This document shows, one piece after another, positions 25,606 through 39,155 of a stretch of 64,000 bases of DNA. Positions within the stretch are counted from its first letter, which is position 1, and each line of letters begins with the position of its first letter. The notes below the pieces were generated by a model. That model did no database searches and was not told where the DNA came from. It worked only from the letters and a program-made list of their open reading frames with translations. The translations under genes were made by a program, and so were the position numbers. The DNA lies in the NCBI GenBank assembly GCA_010015585.1, contig ML975149.1; one strand, written 5' to 3'. The stretch comes from Eremomyces bilateralis CBS 781.70 (lineage: Eukaryota).

Positions 25606-27604
25606 ATGTCTAAACGACATCGAGCCCCCATCATGGAGCCTAAAGGTCCCGAAATACCTGTGGTTTTCGTTCATGCCGGCGCGGGTTACCATAGCACTAC
25701 GAACGAGCCCGCCCACTTAGAAACATGCAAAGAGTGGGTGACAGATTGTCATATCCAAGTCGAGTTGCGAGCTAACTAGGATATAGGGCCTGCAGGATCG
25801 CCATGGCCTTGCTTAAGAACGGTTCAACGGCAGTCGAAGCCATCGAAGGTGCGATCAAAGTTCTGGAAGACCGAGAGATCACGAACGCCGGATATGGCAG
25901 CAATCTATCCATGGATGGTGTCGTAGAATGCGACGCGTCAATCGTCGATCACTTCGGCCGCAGTGGTGCTGTCGGCGCGGTTGCGCGTAAGTGATTCTAC
26001 TTGATCACGACAGCGCTTGCTAACATTCCAAAGAGATTAAGAACCCCATCTCCCTCGCACGCGTTATTCTCGAACATAGCACCAAGCAGCTAACCCTCCG
26101 TCGTGTACCTCCGAATCTTCTCGTGGCACAAGGAGCGACCGACTTCGCCTATGAGTACGGGATGCCCATATTGCCTTTCGACGCTCTCATTTCACCGGCT
26201 GCGAAGGAGCGGTGGCTGAGATGGAAGCACGACTTGGCCCTGGCGGAGCAAAAGGCGCGCGCCAAAGACCGATATACATCACCACTGGTGCAATCAACAA
26301 GGGACATGGATCCCGAACGTGAAGAGATGCGCAAGAAGCATACCAAACGGTTGCAACACGACGGATACTTCCGGAGTGAATATGAGCTGCTCTCCCCGAA
26401 ATTGAGTTCCGACCGAAGCAGTGACTCGTGGCCGTCCTTTCCGCCCTCTCCCTCAGCGGTGTCGGGAGCATCCGATCCGGCGAGACGGTCCCCATTAACA
26501 CGGCTGGACCTAGCTGCAGAACCTAGGAATGCCCAGGTCAATGAGGCTTCGCGCAATGCTTTCATCAACAGCACACAACATACCCCACCAGTCGACACCT
26601 TTCGGGAGGGATATCTACACAGCGGCGCAGCTGATCAAGCTGATAGCACCAACTTGGCTGGCGCAAGAAACTTCATCGATCCCTCGCCTCCCGAAATGTT
26701 CGCCCGACCTCGTCATGGCTGGGATCCTGTCCTACGAGCGCAGTTGGAGGCATCCGAGGAAAGGACGCTTCGAGAACCATCCCGTATGCAAGGAATATCC
26801 CCGTCGCCTGCTCCAAGCACGGACGGGGGGGTTGCCATCGACACCGATCAGCCCGATCACCGGACGGGGCCTTGCACCTGCGGTGCCGCTCCCGACGATC
26901 GACTGGTCTTAAGCAGCTTGACCGTCGACGGGGACCACATGTGCACCTGCGATCCACCCACACATTCCGACCCACCCCGCCTCGTCGACGCCGCCCCCTT
27001 CCCCAGTCGCTCCCGAGGCGAAGACAATGTCACCGACACCGTCGGCGCCATCGCCATCGACGAATGGGGCAACATCGCCTGCGGCGCCTCGTCCGGCGGC
27101 ATCGGCATGAAATACCGCGGCCGTGTCGGCCCCGCCGCGCTCGTCGGTGTAGGCGCTGCCGTCATCCCGATCGACCGAGACGACGACGACAAGACGTGTG
27201 TCGCGACGGTGACGAGCGGCACGGGCGAGCACATGGCGACGACGATGGTGGCGACGGCGGGGGCAGACCGGCTGTACCACGGCACGAAGAAAGGGCCGCG
27301 CGGGGCGTTCGCAGCGGCGGACGACGACGACGTGATGCGCGCGGTGATCGAGCGGGATTTCATGGGCCATCCAAGCGTGCGGAACAGCTCATCGGCCGGT
27401 GCGCTGGGCATTCTGAGCATCAAGAAGACGCGGGACGGCGCGTATCTCTACTACGCGCACAACACGGATTCATTCGCCGTCGCGTCTTACAGTGGGCGGG
27501 ACGAGGCGCCGCGGGCGACGATGTCGCGCAGTCCGGGCAATGGGAAGATTGCGACGGGTGGTCATGCGTACCCGAGTCGAGTCAGGCAGAAGGGCAACGC
27601 ATAG
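25606..27604 (+). CDS. Taspase1-like Ntn hydrolase (threonine aspartase / asparaginase-2 family)
   Basis: [11 protein letters not shown] and [20 protein letters not shown]; autocleavage D|TVGAIAID followed by [17 protein letters not shown] and SGTGE. Confidence 0.88.
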
Positions 27605-28174
27605 ACGCAGCTGTTGACGGAACCACGCCCCTGTCCTCTACACCTAAGACTCCTGTATTGTCTCCTATCCCGCACTCCTGGCCCTGATCATGGCAGGCAT
27701 ATTTTTCCTACAAAAGACTCGATGGGGATGGATGAGGGGGTCGTTTTCGGGTTACAGGCGATGCATTATCGGCATCCGGGAAGCTTCGCCCTCGTCACTT
27801 CCTCAGATACCCTTCGAGCTACGTCCGTTTCTCCCATTCACTTCAATTGTCCTGCCCTTCTAGCGAGCGCGTTGCCTTTTCATGGCATATCCGAAAGGGC
27901 CCGAACACATTTCAAGAAGCGAATGGAAACGTAGTATAGGTAGACTTCATCCGCCTCATGCAAAATCCGAAAACTTCCATTCTCATTTCCGAAACCGGAA
28001 ACCAACCCTATGCTTAGTTTAAAAATCAATCTATATCATTTCATTCAGCTCCTCCCATCAACCAGGAGTCACCAGACGCCACCGTGAATGCCTATCAATG
28101 CTCTCCCACCTCTCTCCCGCTTCACTTAAATCAATCGTACATGGCCTCGCGCTTTTTCGTGCCATCAGGGGGTA

Positions 28175-29502
28175 TCATCTCATCGGCGTGCCGCCACCCG
28201 GCGTGCTCCCGGCTGGGGTGCTGCCGCCCGGCCGCGGCGTCCCGCCATCGGGCAGGCGTTTCTTTTTCTTCTTCTTTCGCGGGACGACGGCGGGGGCGAC
28301 GTTGTGGTTGGCGGGGAGGGCAAGGTAGGTGCCGCAGGTGAGGCAGGTGGCGTCGGGGAGGGGTTCGCAGAAGACTGAGGGGTGAAGGTGAGTATGGGGG
28401 TATGGTGAGAGAGGGGAAAGGGAGGGGGGAGAGTAGATGCTTACTGCTGAGACACACGGAGCACACCCACCCGATATCCACCACTTTCCGATGACAAAAA
28501 CATGCCGCGCGGAAATCCACCTCTTCCGCCCCGGGTAGCACCAACCACTTCCTCGCCGCCGCATCCGGCAAGAACCCCATCATCAAATACTGCAGGATCC
28601 CTTGCGCCCGCACCACCGCCGCATCCTCCCCCTCCTTCTTCCCTGCCCCCACCTCCAGCCCCGGCGCGATGTACACCCCCCCGGTCGCGTCGCTCGCCTG
28701 CTGCAGAAACACTGTGTCGCCTGCCAGCTTCAGCACGTCGATGGGCACGCGGTTGCGCTGGGCGGCGAAGATGGTATTCATCACGGGGATGTACTGCGCG
28801 GCGAGGTCGCCGGAGACGCTGACGATCAGGATGCGCGAGCTGAGGGGGTCGTGGGCGGTGGAGGCGTCGGCGGGGGCGTTGATGGCGTCGGCGGTGGGGA
28901 GGACGGAGGAGGTGGTGTGGGTGTGGGTAGGGGCGGCGACGGGGGAGGCGAGGAGGGTGGCTTTGGAGATGTAGGTCATGGCAGTGGTGAGGGCTCCGGC
29001 GATGAGGGCAGTGGTGTGGGAGGAAGGGGGGGAGGAGGTGAGGAGGGAGCGGAGGTTGGAGAGGATCTGTTGCTCGACGAGGCGGAAGGGGCGGTATTTG
29101 TTGGCGTCGTCGGTAGGGGGGTGGGGGGTGGGGTCAGGTTGGTCGGGTTCGGTCATGAGAACGTCGCCGGTTGAATCGGTGGGGAGGGGGGGAGGGGGGG
29201 GGGGGTAGAGCCATTGGACGCAGTGGGTATGGCTAGCGAGCACGGCGACTTGGTTGGCGTGGTTGATGGCGAGGTGGGCGTTGATGAATACCAGGAGGTT
29301 GGCAACGACATTTTGGAGGGGAAGGGTGTCGGCGAGGAGGGACCATGCGTATGGGTTGGTGTCGAGGACTATGACAAGGAGAGAGGGCGGGGGAGCTGTG
29401 TCTCGTGTCAGTAGGATTCCATGGCGTGGTATAAGAGGATATCAATTTACCATCGGTAGATCGGACATGGAAGCTACTTGTAGTTCCATCGATGGCATTC
29501 AT
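28175..29502 (-). CDS. TFB4: TFIIH subunit Tfb4/p34
   Basis: SLLVIVLDTNP vWA start, QYIPVMNTIFAAQR and FLQQASDATGG; C-terminal Zn motif DFRAACFCH...CSVCLS|VFCEP...CLTC. Confidence 0.93.
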
Positions 29503-30785
29503 GGTGGACTCCGCATTCTGCTATATTCCTTCAATCGCCTGCACCAATTTCTCCGCAGAAGGGGGAGAAATTGGGAGACAATGAGAGGGATGGCTGATGG
29601 AACACCACAAACAATCTCACTCCTCCACCAAGGTCAGCTCCAAAAGTTGGCCGTAGGACGATGTGAACGTCTCTAGGGAAGTGCTAGTTCACGAGATATC
29701 TGATGGGTGGAAATATGAAGTGGACTGGATGAAGTCGTTGGTATCAATTTAGTGAAAGGTGATGGAGCCTTAGTGCCTGTCTGCCTGATATAATTTTTAT
29801 GCCTGATATTTATCTTCCACATGCACACAGTCTGCTTGATGCCTCATGTTGATGCCTTATGTCATCATCCACGATCCACGATCCCTGACTCCCTGAGTAT
29901 CGATCGGATCAGGTCTTTCTTGGCGATGGATCGATCAAGCATTCTGCATTCGACATTCGTATCAGCATTGACTACAGTTACAGAGGCGCACTGGAAGTAT
30001 TGAATTTGATGAATACCTTCGGGAAAGAAATATGGTTCAACAGTCAGCATTCCTTCATTCTATGCTTTTACCTCCCTTTTGGTCCTTCCTTCCTTACATT
30101 ACTGTGCCTACCACGCCTACCTAGATACTCTGTTGCATGACTCATCAACACCTGCGGTAATTAATACGTTACTCTACTCCCTAAGTTAGCACTTAGCGGC
30201 AACCTATACCTTAGCTCCTATCTATACCAGCCGTCGAATAATGAACAATATACCTAATATACCGACAGTACTTGCTGGGGTTACGTACTTCTGTCGAGCA
30301 TCTCAATAATTGGCAGTTGTATTCCATGGGCCTCGGGCTCTTCTGAACCCCTGATCTCCTGAGAGTTCTCCGTGAATTATCCATTCAGTTACATATTTCA
30401 CCTCAGTTACAAGTGACCGGTCAACCATCCTTGACTGTGTCGTGTCCCGGACGGAATAGGCTTACCTTTGTCAGCACTTCAATTTCAGCCCAAAGCTTGG
30501 CTACGCCTTACAGTGAGCTATCGCCCATCGGCCACGGTCCATGGACCATCTATCATGCAGGTCAGGGGTTGGGGCTTTTCGGCCGTTGACGATTCATTCA
30601 TTTGTTGTTCATTAATCATTTGCAGTCAGACGTGCCCTGGACCCATGGAGCGCCAAGTGCTGCCAAGATCCGTTCCCGCGCCTCCACCTCATGCCTGCAG
30701 TTGATCTCGCAATCCTCAACCTCCGTCCAGTGTGTCCATCACTTCTCCCTCACCCCCGAATGGGTGCTTCTTCATCCTCTACACC

Positions 30786-32174
30786 ATGGATTCCAAATCA
30801 GAGAAGGTACATTTGGCTTGCGACGAATGTCGCTCCCGGAAGTTGAAGTGCTCCGGAGAGCGTCCTCAATGCTCCCGATGCCGCATCGAAACCATGCATT
30901 GCGTGTACTCGACTCAGAAACGGATGGGCCGACCGAGGAAGCGGAAAAAAGGCGAGGTGGAGGACGATCCGGATACCGATTCGATTCTGTATGAGAATGG
31001 ATACGTGCCGAATGCGTCTGCGAGCAATGGGTATGCGATGCCCGAACCTGCCACGTCAGATTCATACATGATTCCTCCTTTCAGCGAGAGGGACTTCGGG
31101 TCGTTTGGTATAGACGACTTTGCGTTCGACTCGAGTCGTCAGCAGACGAACGGCCACGCGAATGGCCCGATGCAGCATACGAACGCTCCGGGGAATGGGC
31201 ATAACGCTGGCCAGAATAGTTCTCCAGCCCAGCAGCTGTGGACGCCACCCGTTCCACAGGAGAAGTATGCGACGACTCCCCCCAGCCATGATAATATCAA
31301 TGCCCCTTTGTCATGCCCCCCGATGCCTCAAAATATGATATATGCGGCAAACGGACAGCAACCCAGGTATGTCATAACAAAGTCGCCCGAAAAAGTCCGT
31401 TTGGCTCACCTCTCCAGTCCGATCCATAACCCCTCCCCCACCCACGTCCCTTTTGCATACGCCCCCAACGGTCAAGCCACCACCACGCCTCCCACCGTTT
31501 CCGGCAGCGCAAGCCCCCCCACCATGATCCCAACCCCCACCAGCATGACCCTCAGTCCCGCCTGTGCATGTCTCTCCAACGCCTACCTCGCCAACAGCAA
31601 CCTCCAATCCCTCACGCACACCTTCCCCTTCGTCCTCCCGCAGATCCGCGCCGCCATCACTACCGCCGCCGAGATCATGGAGTGCGAGTACTGCCCGAAA
31701 GACCCCGGTTCCGCCATGCAGAACATGTTCACCTTGGCCACGCTCCTCACCTCGACCGTCGACCATCTCCGCAAGATCCTCTCGTCCATCGACGACGAGG
31801 CCACCAAGGTCGAGGCATCCGGCGGCACCAAGCGGTTCCAGATGGGCGACGACTCGCCGGGGACGCGGCACATGCACACGGGGACGCCGGACTGCCCCGC
31901 GCGATTCCCGATCGAGCTGTCCTCGAACGAGTGGCGGTCACTCGCGAAGAATGTGGTGAAGTCGCAGATCGTCGGGACTGTCGAGGACGTGACGACGCTG
32001 CTTGGGGTAATCGACCGGCTCAACAAGCGGCAGAAGATGTGGCATGCGAACAAAGAGAAGACGAGCCAGATGCTGGGGAACTTCTCGAAGTGTGCAGCAG
32101 ATGAGAATGGGGAGTATACGTGCATGCGGATGATTCGTATGATTCGGGAGATGATTGATGTATTGGAGTGGTAG
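30786..32174 (+). CDS. Zn(II)2Cys6 fungal transcription factor
   Basis: ACDECRSRKLKCSGERPQCSRCRIETMHCVYS followed by MGRPRKRK; C-terminal CACL...CEYCP region; a possible in-frame intron near 31367-31417. Confidence 0.9.
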   Translation: MDSKSEKVHLACDECRSRKLKCSGERPQCSRCRIETMHCVYSTQKRMGRPRKRKKGEVEDDPDTDSILYENGYVPNASASNGYAMPEPATSDSYMIPPFSERDFGSFGIDDFAFDSSRQQTNGHANGPMQHTNAPGNGHNAGQNSSPAQQLWTPPVPQEKYATTPPSHDNINAPLSCPPMPQNMIYAANGQQPRYVITKSPEKVRLAHLSSPIHNPSPTHVPFAYAPNGQATTTPPTVSGSASPPTMIPTPTSMTLSPACACLSNAYLANSNLQSLTHTFPFVLPQIRAAITTAAEIMECEYCPKDPGSAMQNMFTLATLLTSTVDHLRKILSSIDDEATKVEASGGTKRFQMGDDSPGTRHMHTGTPDCPARFPIELSSNEWRSLAKNVVKSQIVGTVEDVTTLLGVIDRLNKRQKMWHANKEKTSQMLGNFSKCAADENGEYTCMRMIRMIREMIDVLEW

Positions 32175-32633
32175 GTTGATGCGGAAATGATGAATCGTGT
32201 TTTGGGCACGAATGGATGTTGAAAAGGGGCATTCCTTGACGAACCGTTTTTGTTTTTGGATACTCTCTCACGACACGACCGATGCATTCGCGGCGATTTT
32301 TCAGCTCTTGTTTCTCGGGATATTTTTTGGGCACCATAATTAGCGTCACGAGGTATCGACCTGGCGTTCTGGGTTTGATTTTTCCGGCGATTTTGATGGG
32401 GGTTCAAATCATCCTTCCATTAATGACCCACGCTACGGTGTGCAAGCTGGTCGGGGAGAATTCAGGGATACCTCCGCTCTTTTGACTGGAGATGAATAAA
32501 AGAAGTTCATGACCGTATGCCAATCGTCCGTTCCATTCGGATCTGCGCCGTGGGTATCATGATGCACGTGTCCACCATCCTGTCCTTATATACCCTCCTG
32601 CTCTAACGTCTAAGCCGAACCGTATATCCACCA

Positions 32634-33250
32634 TCATGCCGCGCTCGCTGCCTCCGCTCCCGGCTGCGCATTCTCCGCGAGGACCTTGTCTCTGATTGCT
32701 ACACCCAAACCGTCAGCATCCACCCTTAACACCACCACAAAACATCAAGCAGAGCGATAACTTACTATCCTCCACCGCCTTCACATTCTCCGCCTTCCTC
32801 CCCACAATCCCCTCCAGATTCTTTAAACTCTCCTCTAACTCCCCCACCTTCCGCTCATAAAACTCCCGCGCCTCCCCCCGGTCCTTTTCCACGAAAAATC
32901 CCGTCCCCACATCCACCAGAACCGTCTCCACGCTCGCCAGCGTCGCCGGCACGTACAGCGACTCGGTCATGGGGACGAGGATGGGTTTGTGGGTGTCTGG
33001 GGCGGTGTTCGCGGCCGAGAGCGCGGTGGTGAGCGAGGCCATGCAGTCGCGGAATTTGGACTGCGCGGTGCGCAGGGATTGGAAGGAGGTAGTGAGGTGT
33101 TGGAGTTCGGAGTTGAGTTGCTTTTGGAGGGCGTGGAGTTGGGGGAGGGGGAGCGTGTTGAGTTGGACTGTGGGGAGTTAGACGGGGATGGCAACTTCGG
33201 ATGGGATATGTACCTGCGTGGCCGGGGCCGCTGTTTGGTGTCGTGGCCAT
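32634..33250 (-). CDS. GIM5: Prefoldin subunit 5 (alpha type)
   Basis: ILVPMTESLYVPATL and VLVDVGTGFFVEK; two introns; last exon IRDKVLAENAQ...*. Confidence 0.9.
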
Positions 33251-33799
33251 TGTGGGAGATTGGTGAGAAGTCACACTTGTCTTGTCATTGACGCGAGGCT
33301 TGAATCTGATACAGGTATTCTTCGAAAGCTAGAGGTCAACAATTGACAGAGCTTCGGTGGAGCATCGTGAGATGATGTAAGCAATCACGTGTTTAGGTAC
33401 CAACAACAGAATTCCAACATGAACATCTTCGATTTCAACCACGATCTTGACTTCTTCCGCTTCATAAACCACGATACTGACGCGATCATATCCTGATCGA
33501 CCTTCGTTTCTCTAGAAATGGCGAATGATACATGACCGACGATCATGTCTACCGTAAGCCTACACAGGGCTGCGTTGATGAGATGTACATCGAGCGGGTA
33601 AGGTACGGTATTAAGTATGATATTGCTGGCCTTGTGCATACGAGGCGCATGTTTCCAGTCTTGCATGCGATATTGGTGACCAACCTCACCCCAACTTTGG
33701 CCACCGGGTACAGGTAATTTCAACAACATCCGCACTGCTCGACGATGATCTTCTGAAGTTCAGCTACGGATCAACGTTCATCGTCTCTATTTAAATACC

Positions 33800-35842
33800 A
33801 TGGACCCAGCTTCCATCCTTGGCGTTACGGCGGCGACGGCTTCGCTTCTCAAGCACCTGATTGAAGGCTCGCTTGGCTTACAGACAGCCTTGTGGGAAAT
33901 TAAAACGATTGACGAGACCACGGGAGGACTTGCTGGCGAACTGGGGGCGTTCCATTCGATTCTCATCGTTTTCGACTCCGAGTTGCGAGACCAGCAGTTT
34001 TTATCCCATGTTCACCGCTGGTGGGATCCATCTCGCCTGGAAGAGCTCTTGTCGAATGCGATCAAGACATATTCCAATCTCAGCAACATTGTGAAGGATC
34101 TTGGGAGGCAGAGGTCGGTGCTGCAAACTCTTCGACAGTACTACACTTCGCGACAGTACGACAAAGAGATTGGGCATCTTCGGTTGCGTATTGGGATATA
34201 TATCACGGCCTTGCAGATTCCGGTCGAATTAGGCCGTATACACAGCATCAGACAATCCATTACGACGGCACGGACGAAACCCGAAGCCCAATCTACTCGT
34301 ACTCAGAGAGATGTGGATGTGCTCGCGAGTCAAATCCTTGGCAGCAGGATTGTCTGATTAGAAGAAAGCATACGGACACTTTCGCAGGGCATCACGACTC
34401 TCCCAAGAATACGCGATCAGGTATGGTCCACTCCTATCCGGCAAGAATCTGGAGAACTCGTAGAAGTGGTGCAAACTTTAGCCGCCAGTGTGAGCGACGC
34501 AAGTAGTGTAAGCAGTGCGAGTTATGCGACCCACATCTCGAGTGCAACCTCGTCGATTGGTGCTCCCACCGTCGTCCAGACCTTCGTCTAGAGATCAAGT
34601 CCTGGTATCGTCGACGCCTTCCCCGAAAGTCCTCTCAACTATTCGCCCTCCATCCACGGCGCTCCACTCAGCAACCAGGCCCGTCTTAGGATCAGTGGCT
34701 GGATGAGCGAGATTTCTTCCTCTACCTCTGTTACTGATCTTTCTGACACTGCCTCAAGGCTGTCGTTCGGTTCCGACTACACATCAACACGGTACACCGC
34801 GCCCAGCACTGTTCCCCCGAGGCAAGACATCCGTGTTGAACTTGCGCAGCGGCGTTACAAATATGCCATGCATCTCATGGCGGAAAAGAAGTACGATGAT
34901 GCCATCCCACATCTGCGGCGCACTCTGAATTATTTTCGGACCCATTCAAACCCTAGCGAGTGCTTTGGAAGCGGAGTCCGCCTCCAGAACATTCAACTTG
35001 CGCTCGCCAAAGCGTTGTTTACAGGACAGTGATCCCACCGACGAAATTGAGAGTCTTCTCCAAAGCGTGGTTGATGACCCCGATGGGTCCTTGACGGAGA
35101 AGGCCGAAGCTGCCCAGTACTTCGCTGAGTGACTCTTCCAGAAAGCGGGACCTGGACTTGGAAACAGTCGTTACTTGAAGGAAGCCAAGGACTGGTGCGA
35201 ATCCACTGCGGAATGGTGGACCGATCCCCTTGGACGTGAGGACCCCAAAACGCTCAAGTCAATCGCTATGCTTGTCCGCATTTGTCGCACCCTCAGTGAT
35301 CCTGACGAACATATTTGGGGGGAATTGCTTCCAGAAGGCTACAATCGGTCGGCATCTATCGACTTACCAGTACACCCCTTCGACAGTGTCCTTCCGCTGG
35401 GCTATAGTTTTCGAGCGCCTTTCAAAGGCGACATGGATGTCAAAAGATATCCCGCCATATTTTTTCTCAGGACGGTGGGTATATTTTTGCCGACGTTCAC
35501 GGACTATCGGCCATGCAGCTTATGGGGGACCTCTCCACTGGAGAGGTCCAAGTATTTAAGTGTGAGGATTCTAGAAATCCCCCTCCCGACTGCTTCACCG
35601 CCTCAACTATTACCTTCGCCACGAACCGAACTAAACCAACACCCGGTATAAGGAGCTTGTATTACCCCACCCGAACTGATCTGGACAGGTTGGGTTCTAT
35701 TCATACATTGAGCCTGTTCGACGGGGCGACTAGGACGCAGCTTTGGGAAAGAAAGGAACAGTACGATCCAGAGAAGTATCAGTGGACGCAGGCATCCGAG
35801 TCTATCGCCCGCGAGGGCAGTCTGTCTGCATTTTACTTCTAG
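33800..35842 (+). pseudogene. Pseudogene: HeLo-like fungal N-terminal domain plus TPR-like helical repeats
   Basis: MDPASILGVTAATASL-type N-terminus. The frame is broken by TGA 34355, TAG 34589, a frameshift near 35020 and TGA 35130. TPR-like segments KYDDAIPHLRRTL and LGREDPKTLKSIAMLVRI. The 3' end is uncertain. Confidence 0.65.
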
Positions 35843-38375
35843 GCAACAATATCCGCTATCGGTATCCTCCGCAACATGCACCTGGAATAAAACAACTTAC
35901 TCAGTAGGATGGGTTGGTGACACGCTGATCATGCCAGCGTGTTTCCATCTTACACGGGGGCATTTGCCGTCCATGAATTTGAATATTCAGGTATCGGCAT
36001 ATCTCTCGGTATATGGCGGTCCGGGTATCGGAGCGTGGATATGGACCTTTCCTTCTCCGATCCGCTACATTTAACCTCGTTTCTTAATATCTCACCTTTA
36101 AACTCTGTATGAACCCTCTGGTTCCCCCTGATCCTGAGCCTCTTTGCCTCCGAGAGCAAGTCTGATCTCACTGAAGACAAGCTAGAACAAGGAGCCGGAG
36201 AAGCGCTTCGCGATCATTCTGCTGGGTGTCTGGGGAGAGAACGATACTGGGTTCATCTATAGACAAGAGGACCGGAGTCGCTGAAGCTACGGACCGACTA
36301 CACTGCCCGTCGATCACAGTTCCTGATTTTGAAACGCGCAAAGGAAGAGGATCTGGAGTACTATTCACCGCAGTACGAAATGTGTTCATGGAGCCATGGT
36401 AGATTACGCTCCTATGCTTAGGCGTAAGGGAATAATTCATGATTGGATTCTTAGACTTACGCACAAGCCCAGATAGGTTCTTGACACTTCGATCCGTCAG
36501 TAAGGAGAGCGTTCGTCATGGAATGATGTATCCCAGTCACGTGCAAGATGTGCTCTTCAACCTCATATTCCGTTCAGCGCTGGCGCAATGTATTCCATAG
36601 TACTGCACTGCTACTTCCGGAGGAGCATAATACTGCATACGGGAACATATCACCCATCCATGTTCCTGTTGGGTCCCAAGAAACCCACCATGCGACACTC
36701 CAACGTCCTCAGGCACGACACCAGACGATCTCCTCCCCCTTGCCCTTGAGCCCTTCTCACAGGGCTGAGCACTGAGCAGTGATCATCTCCACTCTCCGAT
36801 CCCCCAACAGCGCAATCTCATCCTTCCAGACCGGATGGGTGACTCACACTGTCACACAACCCCGTTCCCGCTAGCTCGTCCGTCATGAAACGCAGACTGC
36901 AGGAGTGGCTGCAGTCTGACCTGCACTCTGGAGTCTGCACGCTGCCATGCAAGTTGGATGATACGTCGCGAGTTCACCCGTGCGGTGGATGGGGCGCTGC
37001 ACGGCTGCACCGCCTGTTTGGGGGTGCTAATTGGTTGGAGGGGGGAGGGAGGGGGACAGGTGCGGTCAGATTTCAGAGGGGGGTAGACACAGTTTAGTGA
37101 TCGGGTTGTTGCGCGAGATGGGTTTCATGGACTGTAGTGGTCATGTCTCTACGAAGACGTCCTTCTAAGGATTGATTTGCTTCATACGAACCAGTCAGTC
37201 CGTCTGAAACTCTGAATGAGAAGCGTCATTTGGGGTGGCCGCAAACGTATCGTGGGTCCAGAGGATTCCGTTCTCTGGCGAAAGCTTGAATCGCCGAAAT
37301 TTCCGGGCTGTTTCCCCACGTCCCTGGCGATGATGAAGATCGTAGATCGACGGACCCAAACGAAGGTGAAAACTCGACCTTCTGATTATTCACCTGCATG
37401 TCCCAGTGTTACATTCTGGTTAACTTCACTCCTTTTCGCCCGTTTGCCCGCCCTCTTCCGAATCCTCTACTGTGATCCGTCAAGAGTTACTATGTAGAGC
37501 GGAGGCTAAGTCGGAGCGCCAGTTCCAACGATCAACCGATCCTCATGCCTCAGGAATTCAGGATTAAGGCGCGCTGGGAATTCCAGGATCCCCCTCCAGA
37601 ATTGTGGGATGCTGACTTGCTGAGCTCCGGTGTCTCTGAAAAGGAAACCGCATTTCCCATTTCCCCTGCAAGAAACCGGGCTTAGGTGTTAAGCGTTTGC
37701 GCCATGTAACTTGGAATTTTGATGAGGAAACGAAGGATGCGATTGGCGGGGAATAGTCCCGTTAACCGTTTAAGGAAACAGTGAGAAACTGATGGGCACA
37801 CGTCCGGACGCTCGTTTTGAATGTTGAAGCCAATATTGCCCAATAGGCCAATAGGCAAGATTTCTTCGTGTTCGCGATGCACCGCGGCGACTTTTGAGGG
37901 ATAGTGCCGCACACAGCCTCGGTGAGATGGTGATGGCCCTCCTACGCTGGACCCTGAGAAGTGGGAACAGGGCGGGCGGTGATGGATCTACTCTATTCGG
38001 TACCAGTGTTGGAAATTCAAGGTTGAAGGAGATTGATTGAATTCACCGAACGGGGTCGTAATTGATTGAATGGATCGCGACAACGTTGTTCGGTGTCCAT
38101 GAGGCTCCATGTGCCCAAACGGTATCTATCTTCTACGCCCTGTTCAGTTCCTGTGATGTGTAATCCGTCGGGATGATGCGGTAGCCTGACGCGGTGATGG
38201 GTGATGAAGAGATGCCTGATGTGAACCACCGACGCGGTTGAGGCAGGTGCGCCCTTTGCCGTCTAAAGTGGCTTAGGTGAAATTATTCCTATTGGGCCAA
38301 ACAGGGGGGATGTGGATATGAGTGGGTCTTTATAAACCCACGCTAGCCGATTTATCGAAAGTACAGGCGCATATG

Positions 38376-38382
38376 TGACTCA
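38376..38382 (+). promoter_or_regulatory. CpcA/Gcn4 response element TGACTCA in the cpcA promoter
   Basis: Exact TGACTCA ~260 bp upstream of uORF1, with a CCAAT box at ~38406-38410; a second TGACTCA at 36840-36846. Confidence 0.65.
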
Positions 38383-38639
38383 CACCTCTGGGGTGGGGCA
38401 TGTAGCCAATCAGAGGCTGGCTTCTATGAAACGTTCAGTGCAATACGGCAACCGCATCCAGAGGCCGCCCGCACACGGCACCCTCGCACATGATCAGCGC
38501 TGGCACGAGTTGGTAGATAAATGCCAACTGCTGCCTCAGGTCCCGTCACTTTTCTCTCTTTCTTTTCCTCCTCTTCATTCCATCAATATTCAACAACAAC
38601 CACATCATCACAACAATCACTGAAGAAAGATCCCCCAAT

Positions 38640-38654
38640 ATGGCGGTCTTTTGA
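38640..38654 (+). promoter_or_regulatory. cpcA uORF1 (MAVF*)
   Basis: ATG GCG GTC TTT TGA, the short first uORF typical of GCN4/cpc-1/cpcA leaders. Confidence 0.85.
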
Positions 38655-38833
38655 TCTTGTTCCACCTTCACTCCCTATTTTCGTCCTTTAAGGTCCAAAA
38701 TAGCTTCACACGCTCCATCTCGGAACTCCACCCACCATCACTCCCCTCAATCTCTAGAGACTCCCCCGGGACCTCTAGCTAACATTCAACCGTTCGACTT
38801 CACGTCGTTCACCACGGCTTCTCACCAGCAACC

Positions 38834-39010
38834 ATGGCTCCCCACTCCAGTTCCTCCAGCCTCAGGGCATCAGAATACTCCATCTACAGCAACCAACCCA
38901 AGCGAATCGTTCCCGCATCAGGACTTCGTGCTCTTCGACAATCTTCCGGCAGCAGCGTCACCAGCTCCGCCTCGTCGACCCAGTGCTCCAACGTCGGCGC
39001 CTTCGTTTAA
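38834..39010 (+). promoter_or_regulatory. cpcA inhibitory uORF2 (58 aa, MAPHSSSSSLRASEYS...)
   Basis: ATG in accATGg context, out of frame with CpcA, ending at TAA 39008-39010, 145 nt before the main ATG. Confidence 0.8.
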
Positions 39011-39155
39011 CTTGGCCAACCAAGGGTTTTACAGCTCTTCGGCTCCGTCTTCGTCTGTTAATATCCAACGACCGCCTCGTCCACCTGTCCCTCTGTTTGC
39101 AAGTAACAGTGCCGGGAATATAAATCAAGCTTCGCAGCCCCGCCCGACCGCAGCT

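Noticed and set aside
26270..27020. Long low-complexity insertion in the taspase-like protein as an intein or mobile insert
   Set aside because: No intein splice motifs; it sits in the linker before the autocleavage site, where variable inserts are expected.
29181..29206. Long G-run as a regulatory G-quadruplex
   Set aside because: Explained by a polyproline-coding tract of Tfb4 on the minus strand.
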